Source: Alphaproteobacteria bacterium (GTDB taxonomy: Bacteria; Pseudomonadota; Alphaproteobacteria; G965222575). From it: a stretch of DNA of 64,000 bases. Below are positions 38,579-47,656 of this stretch, piece by piece; within the stretch, counting starts at the first letter, position 1; every line of letters begins with the position of its first letter. The stretch lies in contig OZ244958.1 of the NCBI GenBank assembly GCA_965222575.1, positions 896,001 to 960,000 on the forward strand, in the 5' to 3' direction. A program made the position numbers and the translations under genes. A model generated the notes under the pieces. That model worked only from the letters and a program-made list of their open reading frames with translations, was not told the DNA's origin and made no database searches.

Positions 38579-41500
38579 ATGAATACTATTGCATTGGAAT
38601 TAGAAGAGTTGCGAAAGAAGGTCCTCAACCCGACTAAAAAAAATCCTATGATTGATACAAAGATCAATAGCAGGTCATTTATTAGAATTGTGGATGAAGT
38701 GCCTAGTCAGCTTCTTAAAATTCTTGAAGAGGAGGAGAAGAAAATGAAAATTATCCCTTTGCCTCCTTTAGAGGAGGAGCCAAAGGATGAAAAAACTCAG
38801 GAGTTTATGAGGGAATTGATAAACGCACAGCATACTGATGAGGAATATAAACGTCAGATGAAAGACCTAGAGGAAAGAAGTGACAATGGTGATAAAGATT
38901 TGGAAAAAGAGGAAAAAGAGGAATATCTAGAACGGGAACTGAAGGATAGGGTACGCGAAACGCTAGGGTTAGAACCCAGACAAAAAAAAGAATCCCCCGA
39001 CCTTAAAAAACATGCGCGCAATCATAATATATCCCCAAGTTATGATTTGCCTCTTGAACCCAAGCGTCATAGTGATGAACGTCATATTGATAAGAATATT
39101 CAAACTCTTTATTTGCCTGATAAACTTCATGCCCTCTTAGAGAATCTCTGTAAAAGAGATAAAACATCCCAAGAAGAAAAGGGCACTGGAATTTTATACA
39201 TAGCACTTGGCTTTCTTGAATGGGGGGAAAATGAAGATAAGGTAAATCGATCACCTTTGGTGTTAATTCCAGTTCAAATTGAAAGAAAAAGTTCGCCAAA
39301 GGGGCCGGAATTTTGGATGTGTAGTGATGGACAGGAAGCGCAAGGAAACAGCCTTCTTGCTCAAAAACTCAAGGAAGAGTTCAAAATAGAATTAGAAGAC
39401 TATTCCTCTAGCAATACCTTAGAAGAGTATTTCCAGAAAATAGAAGAACAAAAACCCCCTACTATGAAGATATGGAATTTTAGAAGGTGGGGTATAATAG
39501 GAGGATTTTCTTTTGTTGGTTTAACCATGTATAAAGACCTTGACCCTGAACAATGGGAGAGCAACCTTGAGGAAAACTCCCTGGTCTCAACTTTACTCAA
39601 ATCTTCGGGAGGGGCAAGTAGTACTGGAAGTGCTGGATTATTTTGCGATGACTATAATACAGATGAAGAGGAAACTGAACAAAAATTTCCCTATCCCATA
39701 TTTTCAGCTGATCCATCACAGTTTAGTACAATAGTAGATGTAGTAAATGGAAAGGATTTAGCCGTTGAAGGGCCACCGGGCACTGGTAAATCACAAACAA
39801 TTATGAATACTATTGCAGCCATGTTGGCTGACCGTAAGAAAGTTCTTTTTATAGCGCAAAAGCAAGTCGCTATTGAGGTAGTCAGGTCACGCCTGCAAGA
39901 AAAAATAGGAGATTATGTATTGTCTTTGCAACCTAAACAAAAAAAGGAATTTTATACTTCTCTTAAAAAGAGAGTGGAACACGCAAGACCTGGAAAAATT
40001 TATAACTATAACCAGATTGAAAAAGAGCATAACAATTTTGGAAATGCAAGAAAAAAGATACAGTCATATTTGGAATTTTTAGGCACTAAGCCTCCCAAAA
40101 CAAACCTTACTATTCATGAGATTCTTGGACGAGCTGTCAAACATGATGTCATGAATCTTCCTAAAGAGTTCAAAAAAATTGAAATTGATATACAGGAAGT
40201 AACTAAAGAGATGCTTCGCACATGTCAGTCTCATTGTACAGACCTCTACAAGGCATACAAAAATGCTTCAGAAGGGAAGAGTTGTTGGGAACATGTTACA
40301 GAAGACAACGTAAATCTCTTCAGCGCAGAGACAATACTTGAGAACACCGAAGAATCTTCAACAGTTTTTACTCGAGCCGATGAAGGGATTAAAGAACTGA
40401 ATAAGGAACAGAAACATCACTTCTGTAATATTCACGAAGTTAACGAATATGTTAAAGACTGCTTAGAAGAAATAGAAAAGAAAGATTGGTCTTTTCCTAA
40501 AGATTATCCTGTAATTGCAGAATCTTTCCAGACTCATGCTAATTGTGCTGATGCATACAGAGAAAGGCTGAAGAAGGTTAAAAAATACAAAGAACACGTT
40601 GATGGATGCGGAGATTACCCTTTGAAAGCTCTTTTGAAAGCTCTTTCACTTTTTGATTTTAGAGAGATGCTCAAGATGTACTCCAATCTCCCCGAAGAGG
40701 TCTTAGGGATATCCCCACAGATAAAGAAACGATTAGATGACTCAAAGAAAGAATTTCCTCGTTTCAGTAAGGATTTCAGTGAGTTCCAAAAGAATAAAAA
40801 GGCGCTAGAAACGATATTTGAAAAACGGGTCTTTGAGGAGAAGTTTTGGAATGAATATAAGAAATCTATTGATACTCACATCAAACAGTTTTCTAGTGCT
40901 GGGGTGTTTTTCTTCTTTTTTTCAAAAGAGTATAGAAAAAGTAGAAAGTTTTACAGGCGTATAAGTAAGAGTGGATTCTTTGTTAATGGAATTGAAGCTG
41001 AGAAAAAACTCCACGCCTTGGTTGACTGGAAAAATAAAAGACGCCGATTTGAGGATGAGAAGAAAGAGATATTAGGCCCTTATAAGAAAGAGTTAAACTT
41101 GGATTCAAATATAAAGTCTTTTGAAGAGTATGTTGATTTTGTTAAGGAGATTGAAAACACATTTGGAGGAGATGATAAAAAAGAATTCCGCCAGAGATTC
41201 AAGGAAATTGATTCTGAGAACCTGCCAAGGATTAATGATGAAGACCCTATCTTTAAAATAGAAGAGAATATAAAGCTAGCAGATTTGGAGTGCTGTATAG
41301 AAGCAGAAGAAAAAAAGTCTCGTAAATGTAAATCTGATGCTGAACTTGTAAAAATTCTTAGTGAAGGTTACCCCAAATATTTCAAAGGCCTTGATGGTTC
41401 TCTAAAAAATGTTCCTATAGATACTGAAGGTTGGTTGGAGGACAAATCCTATTCGGAAATTTCAGAAATGCTCAAAGAGGCATCTCAAGATAAGGAGGGT

Positions 41501-43192
41501 CTATTGGATTATAGTAACCTCCTTTCAAAGAAAAACCAGCTGTATCAGAAGTTCCCTCAGATTGAGAGTCTTGTAGAGAATCTTTTAGAACAAAGCAATG
41601 AGAATTTCCCTAAGATTATTGAAGCACGCATCATATATGAAATGCTAGAAGGTGTTTACAACAACTACAACAAATCTTTTTTTCAAGAACAAGACATTGA
41701 TTCCTTAAGAAAAAAATTTCAGGACGCACATTCCAACATTATAGAATACTCCCCTCAACATATACAGTCTATCATTCACTGCGACTTCACTGCTATTCCT
41801 GAAGGGGAGAAAGGAAAGTCTACGAAGGATTATACCGAAGGAGCGTTGATAAAGCATGAGTGCGCTAAGGAAAAAAGACACATATCAGTTAGGCGCTGTG
41901 TAAAACAGGCTACGGAATCCCTATTAGAGTTGAAGCCATGTTGGATGATGTCTCCCCTAACAGTGGCAGAATATCTCCCCCAGAAAGAGATATTTGATCT
42001 TGTCATCATTGATGAAGCTTCCCAAATGCCTCTGGGAGAAGCACTGGGTGCGTTGCTTCGTGCTAAGAACGCTATGATAGTTGGTGACCGCCATCAATTA
42101 CCTGCAACATCTGCTTTTAAATTCGTTTACAAGAGTGATGATGCAGGGATAGAGTCGGTTTTAGATAAAGCAAATAGCGTTTTTCCTAAACGCCGGTTGC
42201 AGTATCATTATCGCTCAAAACATGAAAGTCTTATCTCCTTTTCTAATAAACATATCTATAATGATAAACTTGAAGTTTCTTCATCTCCCATTAAAAATGA
42301 TGATCTAGGTGTTTATTATACTAAAGTGGAGGGAAAGTATTCCGGGGGTGGTGAAAATCTTAAGGAAGCAGAAGAGATGGCACTCAATATTTGTGAGTTT
42401 ATGGAAAAGAATCCGAAGAAATCATTGGGTGTGGTTGTAATGAATGCAACACAACAAGAGCTTCTTGACGAGCAAATGAAACTATTAAGAAGTGATGATA
42501 AAGATGTAGAAAAGTATATTAAAAGTTGGGAAAAACGTACAGAATCTTTCTTCATTAAAGCTTTAGAAAATGTACAAGGAGATGAACGGGATGTTATCTT
42601 TATAGGTACTGTTTACGGTCCCGATAAACAAGGACGAGTTTTTCAGAGATTTGGGGATATCAACAAAGATTACGGATACCGCCGTTTGAATGTTCTTTTT
42701 ACAAGGGCGAAGGAAAAAATAGTTACGTTTTCTTCTATGACTCCTGAAGATATCACAGCAAAGAATCGTGGAGCAGAGATGCTTAAGAAATGGCTATTAT
42801 ATTCTTATACAGGTCAATTAGAGGGTGGGGAAGATTCAGGCAGAGAACCAGACAGTACATTTGAAGAAGCTGTCATAGAGGTAATAGAGAGCTGGGATTA
42901 TAAAGCAGTTCCACAAGTCGGAGTTAAGAGGTATCGTATAGATATAGGGATAAAGCATCCAGCGTATCCTTATGGATATCTTATGGGGATAGAATGCGAT
43001 GGTGCACAGTATCACTCCTCATATGATGCACGTCAGCGAGACCACCTTAGAGAAGAGTTCTTAAAAACGCAGGGATGGAAATTGTATAGAATCTGGTCTA
43101 CTGACTGGTTTCATGACAAGCAAAAGGCAAGTGAAAAGCTGAAGGAAGAACTTGATAAAGCGTTAAGAGAAAAGACAAGTACTGTTGCTTGA
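38579..43192 (+). CDS. DUF4011-SF1 (Upf1-like) helicase with C-terminal Vsr-like nuclease; Hhe-like defence protein
   Basis: LYIALGFLEW, EGPPGTGKSQTI, PCWMMSP, IDEASQ, VGD..QL, ENVQGDERD, RRLNVLFTRA, IECDGAQYH and RIWSTDW motifs. Confidence 0.85.
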   Translation: MNTIALELEELRKKVLNPTKKNPMIDTKINSRSFIRIVDEVPSQLLKILEEEEKKMKIIPLPPLEEEPKDEKTQEFMRELINAQHTDEEYKRQMKDLEERSDNGDKDLEKEEKEEYLERELKDRVRETLGLEPRQKKESPDLKKHARNHNISPSYDLPLEPKRHSDERHIDKNIQTLYLPDKLHALLENLCKRDKTSQEEKGTGILYIALGFLEWGENEDKVNRSPLVLIPVQIERKSSPKGPEFWMCSDGQEAQGNSLLAQKLKEEFKIELEDYSSSNTLEEYFQKIEEQKPPTMKIWNFRRWGIIGGFSFVGLTMYKDLDPEQWESNLEENSLVSTLLKSSGGASSTGSAGLFCDDYNTDEEETEQKFPYPIFSADPSQFSTIVDVVNGKDLAVEGPPGTGKSQTIMNTIAAMLADRKKVLFIAQKQVAIEVVRSRLQEKIGDYVLSLQPKQKKEFYTSLKKRVEHARPGKIYNYNQIEKEHNNFGNARKKIQSYLEFLGTKPPKTNLTIHEILGRAVKHDVMNLPKEFKKIEIDIQEVTKEMLRTCQSHCTDLYKAYKNASEGKSCWEHVTEDNVNLFSAETILENTEESSTVFTRADEGIKELNKEQKHHFCNIHEVNEYVKDCLEEIEKKDWSFPKDYPVIAESFQTHANCADAYRERLKKVKKYKEHVDGCGDYPLKALLKALSLFDFREMLKMYSNLPEEVLGISPQIKKRLDDSKKEFPRFSKDFSEFQKNKKALETIFEKRVFEEKFWNEYKKSIDTHIKQFSSAGVFFFFFSKEYRKSRKFYRRISKSGFFVNGIEAEKKLHALVDWKNKRRRFEDEKKEILGPYKKELNLDSNIKSFEEYVDFVKEIENTFGGDDKKEFRQRFKEIDSENLPRINDEDPIFKIEENIKLADLECCIEAEEKKSRKCKSDAELVKILSEGYPKYFKGLDGSLKNVPIDTEGWLEDKSYSEISEMLKEASQDKEGLLDYSNLLSKKNQLYQKFPQIESLVENLLEQSNENFPKIIEARIIYEMLEGVYNNYNKSFFQEQDIDSLRKKFQDAHSNIIEYSPQHIQSIIHCDFTAIPEGEKGKSTKDYTEGALIKHECAKEKRHISVRRCVKQATESLLELKPCWMMSPLTVAEYLPQKEIFDLVIIDEASQMPLGEALGALLRAKNAMIVGDRHQLPATSAFKFVYKSDDAGIESVLDKANSVFPKRRLQYHYRSKHESLISFSNKHIYNDKLEVSSSPIKNDDLGVYYTKVEGKYSGGGENLKEAEEMALNICEFMEKNPKKSLGVVVMNATQQELLDEQMKLLRSDDKDVEKYIKSWEKRTESFFIKALENVQGDERDVIFIGTVYGPDKQGRVFQRFGDINKDYGYRRLNVLFTRAKEKIVTFSSMTPEDITAKNRGAEMLKKWLLYSYTGQLEGGEDSGREPDSTFEEAVIEVIESWDYKAVPQVGVKRYRIDIGIKHPAYPYGYLMGIECDGAQYHSSYDARQRDHLREEFLKTQGWKLYRIWSTDWFHDKQKASEKLKEELDKALREKTSTVA

Positions 43193-43266
43193 GGCAAAGG
43201 GGCTAGACCTCTGAGACATAGAGTCTCCCTTCTGCTTCTCTTCCCCAAGCAAGGCGTTCCTCCTCC

Positions 43267-45525
43267 TCACACTCTTATATTCCGCATACCTGTAGGGTCT
43301 CTTAACTCAGGAAGAGGAACAGGAGGAGGAGGAACAGGACGAAGTTTCGGAACAGGAACAGGAGGAGGAGGAAGAACAGGAGGAGGAGGAAGAACAGGAG
43401 GAGGAACAGGACGAAATTTCGGAACAGGAAGAGGAGGAGGAGGACAAAGTTCCGGAACAGGAGGAGGAGGAGGAGGAACAGGAACAGGAGGAAGTTTCGG
43501 AACAGGAGGAATCCTGAAATTCCTTACATTCCAATAACAAGGAGCCGTACTAGGATCGGTAAGATCAAATCCCTTAGGATATGTAGTAGAATCGTTAACA
43601 TCAAACCCCAGAGGAAAAGTTGATGAATCATTCAAATCTACAGTAATCCTAACTTTCTTATAAAGAGAAGAAAACAAACCACCTACATTTACAGGATCAT
43701 CTCTACTTCCCATCAATTTACCTGCACGATATTCCAAAACCAGCCAATCATTCGCATCTGATGCTCTAACTGATCTAGGGAAAAAATGCCATATCAGATA
43801 AGAATGGGGATCAACCCCCGTAGGAATGGTGTGCTTAAACCATTCCATCAAAGGCACAAAAAACCTTTCTTCTTGAGTTAAAGGCCACCTCAAACGCAAT
43901 CCCTCCAAATACTCAGAAACCCTTTGAAGTGAAGGAAATAAATACCGATAAAGCTCCTCAAACCACGCACCAAACGGGGGTACACCCCACATTTCACTAA
44001 AACCCTCTTGAAATGGAGACAAAGCCCTAAGCTTTTTTTCATTAAAATCAATAATACGATTAAAAATACCATATCCCCAAGCCTGGGCCAGCCCAGCCTG
44101 GTCCAGCCAATTCCACCTTGATATCCCCTTAGGAGTAAAAAAATAATCAAGCTTATACTTTTGCTTTATTGCCAGAGGCAAGCTCCCATATCCTGACTGT
44201 TGTACCGTACGAATAATATCTATAAGGGCATGTGCATCTGCAGGAGGCTGAATGACAAACTTAGGACGATACCCCGGAGAATTATACTCATACATAAAAG
44301 AATCAGCATACGTACTCTCATCCCCATACCCATAAAAAGCCCCCCTTTGAGGATAAGGACTCCTCTCTGCCCTCCTCGGTATTGCCAGTGCCCTCGAAAG
44401 CCATCCTTTTTCATACTTCTTCTGTGTGGGGTCTTTTTTCACAATCGATAGGTAATACGCCTTCGACTGCCTGCACAGCTCGTATACTAAGTCCAAGTTT
44501 CTTACTAACTTCGGGTCAAGAACGGCGTTCAGCGCTCCTAGAGTCTTAGGCCCCATTATCCCATCCACTGCCATCCCATCCACTGCCAATGCCTCATCTC
44601 TAGCTTTATTTAAGGCCTTCTGTATCTTATTTAAGGTCAACTGCACCAACTGCACCGCTTGGGAGAGACTCAGACCCGCGGCCGTGTCACACAGCTTGGC
44701 TGCCAAAACTTCATCTTTTATCTCATCACACTTCAACATCTCCCACAAATACTTCAATATCTTCTTTGCTTTGTCCGTCGTCAAGTTCTGAATATCAGTG
44801 GCCGTGACGTTGGGATGGAAGCCCTGATAAGAATTAAGGCTTATGTTGTACTTCGTCTGGCCTCCCTTGTCAGTGGAACTATCCGAAACCCCTACCTCTT
44901 CCTTAAGGATAAACTTCAAAGTCGCACAAAATGGTATTGTTATATCCTCCGTTTTCTCCGTATTCTCCGTATTCTCTGGTCTTCTGTTTCCCCTCTTCAG
45001 CCATCCTGTATAATTCTCAAATGCGGAGTTCTTTTTCATAAGCAATAGGTAAAACCCTGTCGAATGAAAGCGCAGATATTCTATTAAGTCGTCGCTAAAA
45101 GTGGCGTTCAGCGCTTTTAGAGTCTTAGGCCCCATTTTCCCATCCAATGCCAATGCCTCATTTTTATAGTAAATATTTAAGGCCTCCTGTAGCAACTTTA
45201 TCGCTTGGGGCACGCCCATATTCACGGCCATGTCAAACAGCTTGATTGCCACACTTTCATCTTTTATCTCACCACCCAACACCTCCTCCCAAAAATGCTC
45301 CCTAAGTATCTCCTCCGCTTCCGACACCGTCAAGTTCTTCATTTGCTTGGCCGTGAAGGTGTCATCGATGGTTTGAAGAAATTGAAGGCTTATGCCGTAC
45401 TTCGTCGCACCTCCAGGGTCGTTGGGGTCATTCGAAAACACTCCCTCATTCTGCGCCACGTAATCGAGAGCAGACCGAAACCTCGTATTTCTATTCGTAT
45501 TTATATATATATCATATACTGTCAT
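43267..45525 (-). CDS. Tandem GH108-type lysozyme/peptidoglycan-binding protein with proline-rich C-terminus
   Basis: EGVFSNDPNDPGGATKYGI, FDMAVNMG, DGKMGPKTL and GWLKR motifs; second diverged copy; polyproline tail. Confidence 0.8.
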   Translation of the reverse strand: MTVYDIYINTNRNTRFRSALDYVAQNEGVFSNDPNDPGGATKYGISLQFLQTIDDTFTAKQMKNLTVSEAEEILREHFWEEVLGGEIKDESVAIKLFDMAVNMGVPQAIKLLQEALNIYYKNEALALDGKMGPKTLKALNATFSDDLIEYLRFHSTGFYLLLMKKNSAFENYTGWLKRGNRRPENTENTEKTEDITIPFCATLKFILKEEVGVSDSSTDKGGQTKYNISLNSYQGFHPNVTATDIQNLTTDKAKKILKYLWEMLKCDEIKDEVLAAKLCDTAAGLSLSQAVQLVQLTLNKIQKALNKARDEALAVDGMAVDGIMGPKTLGALNAVLDPKLVRNLDLVYELCRQSKAYYLSIVKKDPTQKKYEKGWLSRALAIPRRAERSPYPQRGAFYGYGDESTYADSFMYEYNSPGYRPKFVIQPPADAHALIDIIRTVQQSGYGSLPLAIKQKYKLDYFFTPKGISRWNWLDQAGLAQAWGYGIFNRIIDFNEKKLRALSPFQEGFSEMWGVPPFGAWFEELYRYLFPSLQRVSEYLEGLRLRWPLTQEERFFVPLMEWFKHTIPTGVDPHSYLIWHFFPRSVRASDANDWLVLEYRAGKLMGSRDDPVNVGGLFSSLYKKVRITVDLNDSSTFPLGFDVNDSTTYPKGFDLTDPSTAPCYWNVRNFRIPPVPKLPPVPVPPPPPPVPELCPPPPLPVPKFRPVPPPVLPPPPVLPPPPVPVPKLRPVPPPPVPLPELRDPTGMRNIRV

Positions 45526-45762
45526 ATTTCTTCTTCAACCTCACTGTTTTGTTATAACTCAATTCCAATAAGCGGGACGCTAATACCTCATTTTCATTAT
45601 GCGGACCTGCTTTCCTCTTTGTTAGAGTCTAAGACATATTTTTTTTCCAACCCCCCTGTAGTAGCTAAATGCCAGAGCGAAAAGCGGCTAGAGGGGCAAG
45701 ACTTTACTTCTTAGAGGCTGTATGCTATCCTAAACAAGGTTCGTAAAGAAGAGGTACTTAAT

Positions 45763-47505
45763 ATGAAAAGACTATGGTGTCTCTTCAGTGTCCTTGTACT
45801 GGTGGGGTCTCTTGCCCGAGCCTTTCCCCTTCACAATGCTGCCCAAAGGGGTGATCTTGATACCATCAAGGGGCTCATAGCTAAGGGGGCGGATGTGAAT
45901 GCACATGACTTTATACTCGAAGGCAATACACCGCTCCATGAGGCAGCTTGGGACGGACACAAAGAGGTAGTGGAATTTCTGCTGCAAGCAGGGGCGGATG
46001 TGAATGCACAGAACAAGCACAACTGGACACCGCTCCATATGGCAGCCTATTGGGGGCACAAGGAAGTAGCAGAGGTTCTTGTGAAAGCAGGAGCTAACCT
46101 AGAGGCAAAAGAAGCCTTGTTTTACAAGACACCGCTCCATACGGCAGAGCGGGCATTAAAAGCAACAATAGACGAAGAAAAAAAGCAGCGCCTCTCTGAG
46201 GTGATAGAGTATCTGAAAAGCAAGGAAGCGGATGACGGCTGGACACCACTCCATAGGGCAGCCTCTGAGGGGCACAAGGAGGTAGTGGAAGTTCTTTTGG
46301 AGAAGGGGGCGGAGGTGAATGCAAAGGACAAGTACGGCGTGACACCGCTCCATAGGGCAGTCTATAAGGGACACAAAGAAGTGGTGACATTCCTAGTGGC
46401 GCAGGGGGCTTCTGTGAAGGCACAGGACAAGTACGGCGGGACACCGCTCCATGGGGCAGCTTGGAACGGACACAAAGAGGTGGTGGAGGTTCTGCTACAA
46501 GCAGGGGCGGATGTGAATGCACTAAGCGATATCCATGGGACACCGCTCCATAGGGCAGTCTATAAGGGACACAAAGAAGTGGTGACATTCCTAGTGGCGC
46601 AGGGGGCTTCTGTGAAGGCACAGGACAATTACGGTGGGACACCGCTCCATAAGGCAGCCGAGGGTGGACACAAGGAGGTAGTGGAGGTTCTTTTGGAGAA
46701 GGGGGCTTCTGTGAATGCAAAGAGCAAGAAAGGCGTGACACCGCTCCATTGGGCAGCCGAAAAGGGACACGAAGAAGTGGTGACATTCCTAGTGGCGCAG
46801 GGGGCGGATGTGAATGCACAGGACAAGGAAGGCGAGACACCATTCCATAGGGCAGCCGAAAAGGGACACAAAGAGGTGGTGACATTCCTAGTGGCGCAGG
46901 GGGCGGATATCCACGCAAAGGACGATTACGGCTATACACCGCTCCATGAGGCAGCCGATAATGGACACAAGGAAGTGGTGACATTCCTAGTGGCGCAGGG
47001 GGCGGATGTGAATGCAAAGCACAAGTACGGCGAGACACCGCTCTATATGGCAGTTTATAAGGGACACAAAGAAGTGGTGACATTCCTAGTGGCCCAGGGG
47101 GCGGATGTGAAGGCACGAAACGATACCGGCAGGACACCGCTCCATTTGGCAGCTTGGAACGGGTACACGGAGGAAGTGGTGTTCTTTGTAGAGAAGGGGG
47201 CGGAGGTGAATGTACAGGACAAGTACGGCAATACACCGCTCCATTGGGCAGCCAAAAAGGGACACAAAGAGGTGGTGACATTCCTAGTGGAGAAGGGGGC
47301 AGATGTGAATGCACAGGACAAGGACGGCAGGACACCGCTCCATTGGGCAGTCTTATATGGACACAAGGAGGTGGTGACATTCCTAGTGGAAGCAGGGGCG
47401 GATGTGCATGCACAGGACAAGGACGGCGTGACACCGCTCCGTTGGGCAGACAGTGGGGGGCACAAGGAGGTAGTGGCGTATCTGAAAAGCAAGGGGGCTA
47501 AGTAG
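45763..47505 (+). CDS. Secreted ankyrin repeat protein ANK1
   Basis: Signal peptide MKRLWCLFSVLVLVGSLARA; 33-aa G.TPLH.AA..GHKEVV..L...GADVNA repeats. Confidence 0.95.
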   Translation: MKRLWCLFSVLVLVGSLARAFPLHNAAQRGDLDTIKGLIAKGADVNAHDFILEGNTPLHEAAWDGHKEVVEFLLQAGADVNAQNKHNWTPLHMAAYWGHKEVAEVLVKAGANLEAKEALFYKTPLHTAERALKATIDEEKKQRLSEVIEYLKSKEADDGWTPLHRAASEGHKEVVEVLLEKGAEVNAKDKYGVTPLHRAVYKGHKEVVTFLVAQGASVKAQDKYGGTPLHGAAWNGHKEVVEVLLQAGADVNALSDIHGTPLHRAVYKGHKEVVTFLVAQGASVKAQDNYGGTPLHKAAEGGHKEVVEVLLEKGASVNAKSKKGVTPLHWAAEKGHEEVVTFLVAQGADVNAQDKEGETPFHRAAEKGHKEVVTFLVAQGADIHAKDDYGYTPLHEAADNGHKEVVTFLVAQGADVNAKHKYGETPLYMAVYKGHKEVVTFLVAQGADVKARNDTGRTPLHLAAWNGYTEEVVFFVEKGAEVNVQDKYGNTPLHWAAKKGHKEVVTFLVEKGADVNAQDKDGRTPLHWAVLYGHKEVVTFLVEAGADVHAQDKDGVTPLRWADSGGHKEVVAYLKSKGAK

Positions 47506-47656
47506 TCACCTCCGCACACGAGGTTTGGTACATCCTAGCGATATGCCCCTCAGTGGTATTAGCTCCCTAAGCGAAAAGCGGCTAGAGGGGCAAGACTTTA
47601 CTTCTTAGAGGCTGTATGCTATCCTAAACAAGGTTCGTAAAGAAGAGGTACTTAAT
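47506..47656 (+). repeat. 151-bp inter-ankyrin cassette (copies at 50462-50612 and 55615-55765; last 87 bp also at 45676-45762)
   Basis: Near-identical sequence between the stop of one ANK-ending gene and the ATG of the next; includes GAGG RBS. Confidence 0.93.

Noticed and set aside
43307..43540. Ser/Cys-rich ORF on the minus strand
   Set aside because: Alternative frame of the polyproline-coding low-complexity tail.
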